Of a stretch of DNA of 64,000 nucleotides, positions 1-13,619 are shown in pieces. The notes beneath the pieces were generated by a model that saw only the letters and a program-made list of their open reading frames with translations, searched no databases and was not told where the DNA came from. Position numbers and translations under genes: made by a program. The stretch comes from Azolla caroliniana (taxonomy: Eukaryota > Plantae > Polypodiophyta). Location: contig JBHGNT010000013.1 in NCBI GenBank assembly GCA_043228905.1, forward strand, positions 18,166,001-18,230,000, in the 5' to 3' direction. Every line of letters starts with the position of its first letter. Within the stretch, counting starts at the first letter, position 1.

Positions 1-239
1 TCTAAAAACCTTTCATGTTGCAACCAACATTGGCTGAATGTGATTCCGCATATATACTAAAGCTCTTCCCTCCATCCATACTCAACATGTAACCAAATTC
101 TTGCGGCTTGGGATAAAACGTGATAGGCTGCCTTGGATAGTGCCCATCTATCATCTTCCATATCGAAACGAGCATGTCTTTCATCTCCACTAACAGTGAA
201 AATGTACTTGTAATGAATCTCCCTATAAAACCAGATGAT

Positions 240-903
240 CTACATCGCCCTCACCTGAAAAAGAAAATCTGCTTCGATCCCCCACCATCTTCACTCAATC
301 CTTATCACAAAACATAATTATGCTTTGATCGATTCGCATCAACCATCTCGCCTCTTACCACCAAAGTCCTGTAAAAATAACAACAAAAAGAGTCTCGTGT
401 GATTCTCATCCCCTCAAGATCTGCTTCGGCCACCCCCCACCATCATCATTCATAAAAACTGACAAATTGCTTCATTCAGTCCACATCAACCATCAATCGC
501 TAGCAAAGTCTTGTACCAATAACAACCAAATAAGTGAAAATTATTTCCTCATCCCCTCGTGATCTGCTTCAGCCCTCACACCACCAACACTCATCCTCCC
601 GTCATGATAAATATGCTTCAAACCCCATTGCCATCATCCCTCAATCTATGATAACCATAACTTCTTCTTAACTCGACCCACATTTGAAGTGCATCTCGCT
701 GACCCACTTGCCATAATAATCTGCTTGACCTCCCACACCAACATCACTCACCCTCATCACAAAAAACAGAAAACTAGGTTCGACATGTCCACTTCCACCA
801 TCTCGCTATCGCCAATTAACTCAAGATTCCTGCCTCTTACCTCTAAAATCCACCAATTTGTCCAAATAACAACAAAGTAAGTGGAAAATGTTTTCCTCAT
901 CCC
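240..903. repeat. Degenerate C/A-rich tandem repeat, left part, interrupted by the hAT insertion
   Basis: Recurring blocks aataacaa..aaataagtgaaaa..ttttcctcatccc (about 377, 518, 865) and ctgcttc..cccc.cacca (about 269, 421, 564, 721). Confidence 0.7.
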
Positions 904-2210
904 TAGCAATGGGCCCGGTTTCAGCTCGAACCGAACCGAACCACTAAGCCGTGGCTTAATGGTTTATTGGTTTAAAGTTAAATACTTAGTTTGGTTTGGT
1001 TTCATAGTATATGATTTGGTTCGGTTTCGGTTCAGTTCGGTTTTTGGAGTTAGTGGTTTAGCGGTTTAAAGGCTTATCAGTTTATCGGTTTCGGTTTAAA
1101 GGTTTGGTTTTTAGGTTTTTAGATTTAAAAATAATAATCCTAAATTCTAAGTATTGACTCTTGCCTCTTGACCCTCTTTTCTACACACCTTCACAGACTG
1201 TATACTCTCTGCTGCGCTACCTCGGTCCTCATCTTAGCTCTTAACTCCCGAGTCCTGACTCCCTAGTCCTCTTCAAAGTTCCTACTACAGTCTACAATCT
1301 ACTATAACACATTACACAGGTATGTATTGCTATACTTCCCATAATATCTCAGAACATGTCTATGCTCTTTCCTTTGAATGTTTTTGGTATACCAGAATGC
1401 AAGCATTCATTGTGGATGGGTATGTACATCACATGATATCAAGGAGCATCACATGATTTCATGTTTGGTGCATGATTACTGAATAATGCACTAATCATTA
1501 GTTTAATTTCTAGGATGATGCTGGTAGGAAATATATTGGCTTCTCTTCCACTTTCAGGATCAACAACTGGTTCCATTACATATTGTTTGCTGCATTTTAC
1601 CCAATGATTTGTTACAATGTCATTGAAAACAGATGTTACCATCATCATCTAGCAGTGGTGACCACTGCTATGGTTGTGATTAATTAAGGGATAATTCATA
1701 AGTTTCCCTTGCTAGTATCCTATGCTTTCTGCGATACTCTTCATGGAAGAAAACTTCATTTTGTTTTGTCATAATTATTTCCATTTCCAAAGCTTGTAGT
1801 CAAACCATTTGGCAATTTTGTCAAGGAGAACTTGATTTTTTAATCCATTAGATGGACTTAATGCATTTAGTCCTCAGGGTTCCTTATGGGTGCCTGATGA
1901 TCAATCCATCATTCAACACCCTACAATAAATAAGTTCATGTACAGGTTTCTCTTAGACAGATACGAAAGCAAGGAACTCTTTGAGCTCATTCAGAAAGAC
2001 CTGCAATTACAATGGTGTTGGTGTCCTTGTTTATATGAAGAAAAGGCAATATCTTAAGGATTTTAGTCATGGAGTTTACCTCACCTCTTTGTATCAAAAA
2101 CCGTTTAGGTTTACACGTTTTTCTTAGAAGTGAATCAGTTGGATGATGACTGGTTATGTTAAACGATCTAAACAAAACTCTTCTACTATTCATTGAACAC
2201 ATTCCATCAA

Positions 2211-2610
2211 CAATAACTAGAGTTGTTGTAAGTCTTGAAAAGTGTTACATAATGATGATGATGCTTGTGTGACACCATTGGAGGACATTTTTAGTAGCTC
2301 TAGAAATTCATCATCCTAGAATCAGTCGGAGTCCCATATTTGTACCTTGTTGCATTAATTTAATGTAAATGACGCCAATAACTTCGTTCACAATCTTTTT
2401 AGATTGTCATCAATAACTAGAGTTGTTGTAATTCTCGAAAAGTGTTACATAATTATGATGATGCTTGTGTGACACCATTGGAGGACATTTTTAGTAGCCC
2501 TAGAAATTCATCATCCTAGAATCAGTCGGAGTCCCATATTTGTACCTTGTTGCATTAATTTAATGTAAATGAGGCCAATAACTTTGTTCACAATCTTTTT
2601 AGATTGTCAT
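2211..2610. repeat. 200-bp tandem duplication inside the hAT 5' region
   Basis: caataactagagttg...ttagattgtcat at 2211-2410 and 2411-2610, with a few substitutions. Confidence 0.95.
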
Positions 2611-3726
2611 CGAGACGAAGTGCATTTGAGCAAATAATTCATTCACAATCCTTTGGATCATCAATTGAGGTGAATTCTAATCAAGTAATCAATTCATTCA
2701 CAATCCATTTGGATCACCATGGAGAGGATTACCTAGTTCTATGTGTGTAAATGGGCTGCTATGGTTGATTACGTGTTGTTGAAGGGCATCACAGTTTTGG
2801 CCAAGAGGATAGACACATTCTTCTCTGGCCTTCAGGCAAACTTGGTTACAGTTGCATCCCAAAGACAGATCAAGTTGCATCGTTTGCCTAGATAATTACG
2901 TCCATTGGAACATTAGACTGATCGAAGACTCCTTAGGCATTCATAACATCGATGGGTTACTGGAGCTCAACTCAATTTTATCGTCTTCTATAACAAGGTT
3001 TTTCTAGCTGAACCCACTCTAACATATCAGATTACCTTGCCTACCATGTTACATTGTCAAGATTTCAACCCTTATGCAATTTTGAATTTCGTGTTTTGCC
3101 AATGAATCTTAAGGTGTGTACTTGGCATAGATGGTTTTTTAAAGATCTTTCAACCCAATTCCAGTTTGTTTCTAGAGTTAACCAAATTCCACACACTTGG
3201 CATAGATGGGGCTTTAGAGCCGAATTGGTTTGCTTGAGTTCTCTATCTCTTGGGGTATTTAAGGGGTTTTATTCTAGACCATAGATGACCTTCTAGAAGT
3301 TAAACTACATCCATTTTTTGGGACCATTTAAGCAAGGCATTGGATAGCGAGCGGTTCGTGACTAGCCATAGATGGGAATTTTGGAGGTTAATAAGTCAAT
3401 TCCAGTATTGGGCCAATTTTGTAGAGGTTAGCAACCCAATTACCACTCTAGAGGTATTTGACATTTGAACGCACACTCGTTTTTATGAGTGAGTTCATAG
3501 GCTTAACTTTAACATTTGAATGCACACTCGTTTTTGTGAACTTTGTAACTTGTTTGCATTGTATTTGCTCAGTACATATAATGCTATTTACTATTGCTAT
3601 TAATAAGAGGATGCAACCATGCATATATGAGTCATAGTCATGGTAGTCACTGTCTTATGGACAAAATATGTGTATTATATACATAATTATGCTTTCTTTT
3701 TTTATGTTTTATAGGGACAACATTAA

Positions 3727-5822
3727 ATGGAATCATCTTCTCAAACTCATGCAACGATGGACTCATCATCAATTAATGTTAGCCATGTGCAAACAAGCAT
3801 GTCAAGAAAAAGGCAATGTTCATCATGGACAGATGCTCAGATCATATCTTATATGGATAATGGCACACCTCGACGACGATGCCATCATTGTCCTGTTTGT
3901 TGATCTTCAAAAACATCCACAGGTACTATATCTAAGCATTTAACAGAAAAACATCATCTATCAGATGAACCAAATCAAAATTCAGGTATTTCGAAGATTA
4001 TTCAATCTTCTATAGAGTCTACTAAAGTATCTCGTGTTTAAGAGAAGAAAATTGATTGTTTCATCACGAGGTATATTCTCAAGGGAACTTTGCCCCATGC
4101 ACATGTGGAATCAGATGCATTTAAAGAGTTCGTACACGACCTTGTACCTGGATATCAGATGAAGACAAGGCGCACGATTAAACGTTCCATCTTAGAAATG
4201 TATGTGGTGTTGCGCCATCAAGTGATAGATTTGTTATCAAAAAGTCAATTAAGATTTTCTATTACTTTTGATGGTTGGTCAAATAGTAGTCTAAAGGGCT
4301 TCTACTCAGTGACACTTCATTGGGCATGTCACGAGACAACAAGATCAAGGTCCATGCTATTGGATTTTGTGCATGTATTTCCAGGTGCTGGATCAGGGAA
4401 ACGTTGTGCACATGCCCTCTTTTGTCGACTTGGATCTTTTAATATTTCAAGTCGATTATTAGCTACAATTTTTGATGGAGCTAGTGATGCACAAATGGCT
4501 GCAAAGGAATTGAGCATGTTGTTACAAAATGAGCATGGTAAGGAAATTTTAGCTCCCTCACACATGTTAAGGTGTATGGTGCACACTTTTCAATTGGGCA
4601 TCAACTCAGCATTAGAGATTATCTCACCCTCAACGGAAAAGTTGAGAACAATGCTCCAAACTATTAGATCTAGCAAGGTTCGAAGGGAAGTGTTTAGGAA
4701 GTATGCTAAGATGGTTGAACATTGTGAAAAGGAACCTCCAAGGCTTGATGTCGTTACAAGATGGAATTCTACTTTGGAGATGTTTAGGCAAGCTATCAAG
4801 GATAGAGATATATTGAATTTTACAATTTCAGATCTAACAATTTCAAGTGATTTCAATGGTTATGTCTTGACCGTAGAAGATTGGAGTCACATACATGCTA
4901 TGGAGGAATGGTTAGAAACACCTGTAGAGGTTTCTACCTTTCTAGGAGGATCAAGATATCCTACATTATCACTAGCATCACTAGCGTATAATTATTTACT
5001 TAATCATTGTAATCAGTTTTTAGATTCTTCCTTTCCGGGATCATCTAGATTCACACAAGAGGTGCTTCAAAAAGCGTATGAGAACTGCTTACAATATTTA
5101 ATTAAGTATCAAGAATCGTTAAAGTCCATTCCATCGTGCATTGCAATGTTTCTTGATCCCAGGTAATACTTTCCTTTAAGTTTTACAATTGTCTTCATGC
5201 TTTCTAATATTTTATTTGAGTTTAATAATATTTTTCATTCCTTTATAGATTGCCTATTCCAAATGACCATATCGAAAGAGAGTCAGATATTAAGTTGGTT
5301 GAAGGCATGATTGAGTCCCATTACCACTCATTCTCAAATGGTGTTGAGCCACCTTCAACCACAACACAACCTATTGATAATAACTCTAAAATTTGGAGGT
5401 TAATGGGTGTACACAATAAAATTCTTGTTTCTGATTCACGATCTGAAATTGAGCAGTTCACAAGACTTCCTTTAGCTAGCACAGACAAGGATCCTTTACA
5501 ATGGTGGCATGATAATAAATTTGCAATGCCACAGTTGTATAGGATGGCATGTGATTACCTTGCTATACCAGCATCATCAGTACCTGCTGAAGAGGCAAAT
5601 TCAGCAGCAAAAATGACCTTTGATGATAGGATCAAACTACATTCATCCACATTCAAGGCCAAAATGTGTATTCCATCATGGATGCAAGTTTTGCGAGAAT
5701 CGGATGTTCAAATAACAGATAACTTTCAAATGGCTTATGAAGAACTTAAATTTAATCTAGATGATCTTGTTGGTGAAGACGAGGTAATAGATTACATGTT
5801 ACATGATAATCTTGGGAGATAA
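3727..5822 (+). pseudogene. hAT transposase (BED finger, DDE core, C-terminal dimerisation domain)
   Basis: ATG 3727 is in frame with ORF 4090-5166. BED-like W..CHHC..KHLTEKH carries stops TGA 3901 and TAA 4039. Motifs ITFDGWS, HMLRCMVH, TRWNS, LDPR. A GT-AG intron 5163-5248 joins LDPR in frame to ORF 5250-5822 (PLQWW..LAIPASSVPAEE). Confidence 0.92.
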
Positions 5823-6868
5823 GGTGTGCATACCTTTTAATTCATTCTTTAAGTTTATTTTTCATTACTAGTTTTTTACTTATTTGATGTTTTTTATATG
5901 TACATGGTACAGGAATCATGATACTTTTTCACAAGTCCATGAAATGCAAGTTGCAATTGGAGATCCTCGAAGACATTGTAATTTCTTAGTGCATACTTTT
6001 ACGAATTTGTTTTTATTTTATTGTTTTATTTTTTATTACTAATTACTTCTTTTACATATTTTATACTTCCAAGAATCCGTAATTCAAGTTGAAAGTAAAC
6101 ATTGGAAACTAAAAGAGGAACATTAGTTTATGTAGAGGTTTTTCACATTTTTCTTATATTTTTGACTTTGTTGTAAATGGTGGATATAAACTTAAATGCT
6201 AACGTGAACTGTATATGATCGATTGTTGGTCATAAGCTCTAGGATTTCATTCCAAAAAACTTTTAGTTTTTTGTGTATTATCTATACATTCTCTACAAAA
6301 CTTTATTATTAGAAAATTTCTATTTATTATGGTATTCTTCTTCAAAAAACATTTCAAATGTCTAAATTTCTATTTTTCTTTCTCTAATTCGTTTTGTTTA
6401 TTATTATTTGTCTTTGGTTTTGTTTTTATGTTTATCTAACCTCTACTTTCTTTATTATGTCTAACGAATCTCTGGTTTTGGTTTAGATGTTGCAATGCCT
6501 TTTGTTACATATTCTTAAAGTGGTTTGGTTTGGTTTGGTTTTGGTTTTTTCGTAAATGGTTTGGTTTGGTTCTAAATTGTTCCTAAACAGTTTGGCTTAA
6601 ATGGTTTGGTTTGGTTCTAAATTGTTCCTAAACAGTTTGGCTTAAATGGTTTGGTTTCTCATACTTCTTAAATTATTTGGTTTAAACGGTTCGGTTCAAA
6701 ATGTTTTGGTTTCTCATACTTCTTAAATTATTTGGTTTAAACGGTTCGGTTCAAAATGGTTTGGTTTAAATGGCTTCAAAATGTTCAAACGGTTTGGTTG
6801 GGTTTTTTTTCTTAATAAGTGGTTTGGTTTCAAGGCCAAAAAACCGAACCGAACCGGGCCCATTGCTA

Positions 6869-7390
6869 CTCATCCCCTCATGATTAGCTTTAGCCCTCAC
6901 ACCAGCACCACTCATCCTTTCGCCATGCCACTTATGCTTCGAACCCCATCACCATCATCCCTCAACCTATGAGAACCATAACATCTTCTTGACTCAACTC
7001 ACATCTGCAGTATCTCACTAACCCTCTTGCCCTACCGTCGAATACCAGGAAAATCCTGTACTAACAGCCAATATATGACTATAAAATAAATTCCTCACCA
7101 TCTCATAATAAATGGTTTCATCCCCCACACCAACATCACTTATCCTGCTCACAAAAACAGAAAACCAGCTTCGTCATGTCCACATCCACCATCTCGCTAT
7201 CTCCGATTATCTCAGGATTTCTGCATATTACCACTAAAATCCACCAAGGTTCTGTCCAAATAACAATCAAAATAAGTGAAAAATGTTTTCCTCATCCCTC
7301 ACACATCACCAATCATCCTCTCATCCTGCCACTTATGCTTCGAACCCCATTGCCATCATCCCTCAACCTCTAAGAACCATAACCACTTAT
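6869..7390. repeat. Degenerate tandem repeat, right part
   Basis: Same blocks as 240-903, e.g. atgcttcgaaccccat..ccatcatccctcaacc and atgtccacatccaccatctcgctat. Confidence 0.7.
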
Positions 7391-8774
7391 CCCATCTTGT
7401 GATTGGCTACATATGCTATTAATAGAAACTACTCGTTGCAAAAGTGCTTTGACTAGCATAGGGAGTAAAGTGAACATTGCCCTAATGAGTTCGTGCGGCC
7501 CTATTGATATGCTTCGAGTTAGATACTGACCCAGAGACAAGACTACCATTTGATCATTTGTGTAAGTTATTTTGCTTAATATTGGTTTGATTTCTATAAA
7601 GTGCTTACACACATTTGCCTATTTGTTTCATTGCTCAACATCCAAATTTTATCTAGCCCATTACATATAAATAGTTTCCTATTTGGTTAATTGTGGAAAG
7701 TATAATTTGGATTAATCTACATACTAACATAATGTGTGCTAATAGCACCTTAAGCTTCTACGTAAAAGATATAATTCACATGATACTTGTTTTTTATTTA
7801 TGTTGTAGTCAATAATAAATGGATTCTACCGAATCAAAAGATGGATGACCATGAACTAAGATATATTAAAATATCGAAACATATCAAAACATATCAATGC
7901 ATTACATTTACTTATCATTATCACAATATTTTGAACTAGTGGAAAGCATATTCTCATCTACTTTCTCAAAGCATAGATTATATATTGCTCCCCTAATATT
8001 AAACATATTTTTGCCAAACATTGAAGCTTTAAATGTTTGAATTGTTACTTTGATTGTCGATTTTATGTAATGAATAACTCATATGCCAATAAGACTTTAG
8101 AATAAAAGCAAGGTGTGGTAAATTCAATTGAGAAGATCCTAAGTGCTTGATATCGATGGAAAGATGACATGCATGGGGATAGTCTCAATGCCCTCAAACC
8201 ATTCCGCCTCAATGCTAATATTTGGTTAACACATTAGCAACCATTGTCTTGTTCTTGCTCTTAGAAACCCATTCAAAACTATTTTTTGGCTTTGATTGAT
8301 TGGAACATGTTGGTCTTTCATTTTGACCCTTCACTCTTTTATCATTATTGATATTTAATGTGGATCTTTGGAATCGTTGCCTTTTCCCTGAAATAGACTA
8401 TGAATTAAATACTTGTTCTTATGCTATTTATAGCTTTTGGCATAAACCTTCTCAAGTTTAAATCATATTGTAACATCTGGTGAAAGTTTACAACTTTAAA
8501 TCATTTAGTAACATTGGCATAAAGGTCTCCAATTTGAATCATACTCTAGACTATGTTGCATTGCTCCTTACCCTAATCTTTTGTACCTCTATAGTTTAAC
8601 CAAATTATTCTTGTCAAATCATGTGTTTCAGCCATCTCTTGATCCAAAACCAACCAGGAGCGTCAACCCCCCAATGCAACTATCTAAGACTAATCAACAC
8701 CAACATTAGAAAAATATTTTTTAGTTGTGTTTTAATTCAGCACATTTATATAATATAACGTGCAAATTTGTTCC

Positions 8775-9869
8775 ATATTATTATTATTAAAAGGATTTTC
8801 TTCAATAGTATTAAGAAAAACGCCTGAAGGCTACAACTTGAACCTAGCTGGCAAGGAGGTTACAAATTTTCTTATACAATGATGTAAAATAATCCTAGGA
8901 CCAAATATCGAATTTTATAGAAGATGTTTACATTTGTTGATATTCAAGAAAGAGTCCATGGACGTCGATATTGCCATTGAGGCTCTTTAGTTCACATTGT
9001 AAACAGGGGCAACTTTTTTCATAAGTGAAGACGCTTTTTCTGTTTCTTGTTCACAGTATCTGGGGAACCCTGCATATTATCATACTGGCCACAAACTATT
9101 GTCAACAAGTTCTCCCATATCTCAAACAACACATATGAGAGATGAATGTCTACCACATCATAAAGTCGGTTACATCCATATTTCCATAATGCCCATAATG
9201 TTATTGTGGTCACTATTTTCCAAATCTAGACAAATCACACCTAATTTAGAGGTTGCTGGAAGGGACTAACTAATACCAATCTTCTATTATGTATTGTCAT
9301 TGCCTCATGAACATCGTTTACCTCATTCAGCATCAAGTTGGGGACTAACTAATATCAATCTTCTATTATGCATTGTCATTGCCTCATGAACATCGTTTGT
9401 CTCATACTCCCCATGAGAATAAGCAACCTACATTGATTGTTAGGAATAAATAAATAACTTTCTTCCATACTTGTTGAGAAAAGGGAAAAGACCATAAGAC
9501 ATGCTTGGTAGTCTCTTGAGGTTAATGGCAAAAGCCACATTGCCACAGATTGGGTGCTACATTCCCTTTCAATGAATGACCGACTGGTAGTGCCATATGC
9601 ACTAACAACCATCGAAAGAGAATAAATTTAGTTGCCCCTTGAATGACCAGATCCATTTCCAGTAGGTTCTCAAATGCAAAGTTGAGACACCCCAATTGGT
9701 CCAATGTTTCTAAGTTGTTGGTATCGTTACATTCCGAGAGAGCAGTAATGATCTTCCAAGTTTTACCGAGTATTGAAAGAAGGGGACCTTTACAATCATT
9801 CCCCCAAGGAGTGTGACCAAATTCAACCCCCTGGATCCCATGTTAACCTTGCAACATGATCTTATGCGT
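8775..9869 (-). mobile_element. Decayed L1-type LINE, 3' end of ORF2, left half
   Basis: Minus-strand ITLWALWKYGCNRLYD resembles the LINE ORF2 C-terminal W-x2-W-x2-RN motif; short (TAA)n tail near 8777-8788; joins 33916 across the gypsy TSD. Confidence 0.55.
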
Positions 9870-10875
9870 TGTCGTGAAGTACGAAAGCTTCACATTAAAA
9901 GTCTACAATAAGATAAATATGTAACTAAAATAAAATTTGATAATGTTTTATATATAAAGATAATATTAACAACACATATGATAATATTATATATATGTAA
10001 AGAAAAGTAATATATATATATAAATATATTATATTACATGATCAAGAGAGTACTTGAACCAATAACCCCACCCTATGACTTTCAAATCTTACCATTTACT
10101 CTATACTAATAATATATATAAGATAAAGGATTTGCTTCATGATATAAAAACGACGTTACATGTTGTATTCAATAATATTTGAGAGACTCAAACCCACAAC
10201 CTCATATACCAAAGTCAACACACCTACCATTAGGCTAGGTACTTTGTTTGTAAAATTATATTTCATTTTATTCTTATGGCATATATTTTTTACATACATG
10301 AAAGCTCAAATGAGCGAGATGCCTATCATGCATCACATGCATGACTTGTACCCTCCAATGCATCATATGCATGGGGACACCTATTTAAATGGTGAAAGAG
10401 AAGATCAAAGGGGGAGAGGTATGAGATATCAATCAAATATATATTACATAAGAGATACCATAAAATAGAGAAAGAAAGGAAGAAGGTCAACATAAAGGTG
10501 GAGCTCTCTAGCTTGGCGATCATGGTGGTCAACTCTCAACAAGCGGTTCGAGCCTTATCTTCATCAAAATATTGAAGTGAAGATTGTTTTGGCCTACTAT
10601 CAAGAAAGAGACAAGTGATTATCTTGTGAGACCAAGTTCGAAGGATCAACGACGCTTACAACCACTTTTGTAACTCTTTCATCAAATAATTATAAATCTC
10701 TTTTATTCCTTCAAATATCATTCAATATCCTTTCTTGTCATATCTTGTTGATCTCTATTTACTCCATCTCTACTTATTCGTCTCTTCCGTCCATAATCGT
10801 AGTGATTCCTTCCTCACTTTCACGATATCTTTTGTCTACGCAACGCTACGCTTCCAAGCAAGCCACGCCACGACA
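9870..10875 (+). repeat. 5' LTR of the Phygy/Selgy-like gypsy
   Basis: Direct repeat of 32913-33911 with scattered substitutions and small indels. Confidence 0.95.
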
Positions 10876-10880
10876 CAATT

Positions 10881-10897
10881 TGGTGAACCCGACGTGA
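10881..10897 (+). promoter_or_regulatory. Primer-binding site complementary to the tRNA-Trp 3' end
   Basis: tggtgaacccgacgtga is the reverse complement of TCACGTCGGGTTCACCA, the plant cytosolic tRNA-Trp 3' end as I recall it. Confidence 0.85.
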
Positions 10898-10960
10898 AAC
10901 GGGGAAGTAGAAGAGACATCTAAAGTAAAGATCAACATCAACACAGCATGTACGAGTACA

Positions 10961-13619
10961 ATGGATCCGGTAAGGTTATTTATTGAAAAATTGAATCAAG
11001 ATCAATTATTTCATGCCTTACGAGAAGTCCGAGAGAAGATTGGTGTGTTTGATGGCACAAATATCTCAAAGTATGTCAATGTCACAATCTAGACTCGAAC
11101 CTCTGACCTTTAACACACACAATACATTGTGTTGTGTTAACCATATGGAACCTCTAGTGAACTATCTACATTCAATTGTGAACTTGTATATATTGTAGAG
11201 TCTAGTGTATAATACATTCAAGAATATTTTGGTTGTTAGTATATTTTAGAATTATTCTGTGGTATATTCTAAACGGGTATATTCTCGAGATATTTCTCGA
11301 GTATATTCTAGAGATATTCAATCTTGGAATTGTATAAATACTTGTAACATCCTTGGTCCCTTTCAAGGGATTCAACACCAGTCATTGACACCACATCGAT
11401 CTAGTATTCTCGTTTCGCCTCATCTTTGGCTCCTTGATCTTTATTTTTGTCTTCATGCCCTCATGTCGCTCACAACATCTAGAGTTCCTAGCCTCGTCAC
11501 ATCTAGCTCCAAGTTCATCCGTCTCTCATAGCCCCATCATCTGTGCTCCATCCTAGTCCGCACTTGGTGTGTCCGTGGCAGTCAATATATATTATGATAA
11601 AATGGAAATGTTTGGTGTGAATGATGTCAATATGATAGAAAACTTTTATAAATGAGTGGAAATGGAATTAAGAGAATTCGTGAAATACAAGCATTGCATA
11701 GTTTGGATTGGAATGCATTCCAAGAAGCGCTTGTGTCTGAATATTCTTGTGAAGATTTCTCTCGAGTTACTATACGTTCATTTCATGAATGGATCTTAAA
11801 AGAAGATAAAGGGTTATATGTGGCTAACACAAAAAAAGAGTTTGATAGGATGTACGAACACTTAAAGCCGGAAGAAAGAAATTCTTTGTCTTGGCAAAAG
11901 GTTGCTTTATTTTTGCAAGCAGTTGACAAGAGATATACAAAAGAATTGGAATTCATGCTTGAAGTACCAAATACTGAGGATGGTATAACTGTAGATTGGA
12001 ATGAGGTAACAAATGCTTGTAATAAATTTATGAAAAGAATGCAAAGGAATGGTGCAATGCTACAAATACCACATGTGGGAATCACAAATCGGCTTGAGCA
12101 AAACATCGAAGTTCAAAGACTTGGTTGAGAACCATCACACGAAATGGTCCATCAACCATGAGAAATGATCGAAACTAAGAGTGAGTCTTTGCTTGATGAT
12201 TTAGTTCAAAGAATGAAAGATCTAACAATTAAAGTGGCAAAGCTTGAGAATGGTCAGACTTCGAGGATAAGGGAACCATTTCGACCTCGATGCATGTTGT
12301 GTGATAGTCTCGAACATTGATTACGTGATTGTGCGGAATATAAAGACATGGAAAATCGAGATTTGGTGTATTGAAAAAATGGTAACATTTATTTAACTAA
12401 AACTAGAAGTCCACTTACAAAGAACTTTGGTGATGGTGGTGTTAAGGTTAAATTTGAAGAAGTTGAAGCAAAGGAGGCTTCCGCAATGTACTACTCGGCA
12501 ACGGCAGGAATGCGCCTCGATGACATGCCATCCCAATCATCATTCTAGGAGAAGGTTGTAAGTACTGCACAAAAGCAAAAGATGAAGATGGAAGACCTTC
12601 GTGTTGCCGGAGATTCTGTAAGGAAAAACACTGGATGGGATGTTCCAATAGATGTTATGACGGTCTATGCTCAGATGGTAGAACACCAAGAGCATGAGGT
12701 GATAGTGGAAGAAAAAAGGAAAAGGCCGGATGATGAGATTGGCTCAACAAAAAAGCATGAGACAAGAGAAAGCAAAAGAAAAGAGATGGACGCAAAGGTC
12801 GAAAAAGGTAAATTTGGTCCTTCATTCAAATTAATGTCTGATATTGAAAAAGATACAGATTTAAAGAAAGTTTTAGAAACAAGAATACTAGACAGTCGAG
12901 TAGAATTTACACTAAGAGAAGTGTTAGGTATTGCAAAAAAGGAATTTCATGATGAAATAATTGATATTGTGCGAAGAAAGAAGCAAGTAAATGAGCAGGT
13001 TAAAGAGAAAAATCCGAAGGTGGCATATGAAGTGGTGAGCAACGAGTCAAACAATATCGTTGTTGACTCTCAACATGCATCAACCTCAATGATAAATTCA
13101 ACAGATGTAAGAAGCGATTACTCTCACAAATGTTGGGCAAGAGCCACTAGTGAGCATCATGTGAAGATTGGAAATGTTCCAGACCCCGTGATGGCACTTA
13201 TTGATCATGGTTCTGAAATAAATATAATGAGTGTTGATTTTTACAAGAAAGGTAGATGGTCAATTGATACTCAACATGGTTGGTGAGTAAAAGCTGCCAC
13301 ATCAGTCATGGAAGATTTATTTGGTGCATGCCCAAATGTAAAGGTTACTATTGGTGATATAGAGGTAGATCAACATTTCTTTGTGCAGGAAGGATCTACC
13401 TATCCAATAATCCTGGGGTAACCATACATTACAACGGTACGGATGGAGACCAAAGTCCTCGACAATGGTTCTGCCTATGCGAAAATCCGTAGCCAAGATG
13501 GACAACGAACTGTACAATTTATGACAATTTGCCCAAATCATGAGAGGAACAAGCAAGAGCTTCGTGATCATTCAATACCAAAAGACTGTGATGATTTTGA
13601 TAATCAGGTTTTTGACTAG
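10961..13619 (+). pseudogene. gag-protease of the Phygy/Selgy-like element, split by a solo LTR, with stops and frameshifts
   Basis: MDPVRLF..IGVFDGTNISKYVN reads through once 11080-11585 is removed; ORFs 11652-12128 and 12582-13286; protease motif ALIDHGSEIN. Confidence 0.85.
11080..11580 (+). mobile_element. Solo LTR (501 bp), probably Tcn1-like chromovirus
   Basis: tgtcac...gtggca ends; 5-bp TSD gtcaa (11075-11079, 11581-11585); TATA near 11334 followed by caacaccagt, as in LTR 25429-25781. Confidence 0.9.

Larger units (their letters stand above)
904..6868 (+). mobile_element. hAT-superfamily DNA transposon, full length, transposase inactivated
   Basis: Perfect 17-bp TIRs tagcaatgggcccggtt (904-920) and aaccgggcccattgcta (6852-6868); 8-bp TSD ctcatccc at 896-903 and 6869-6876; subterminal aaccg/ggttt arrays at both ends; internal transposase. 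Confidence 0.97.

Noticed and set aside
2-190. Minus-strand 62-aa ORF running off the window edge
   Set aside because: May be an exon, but I recognise no motif and cannot see the rest.
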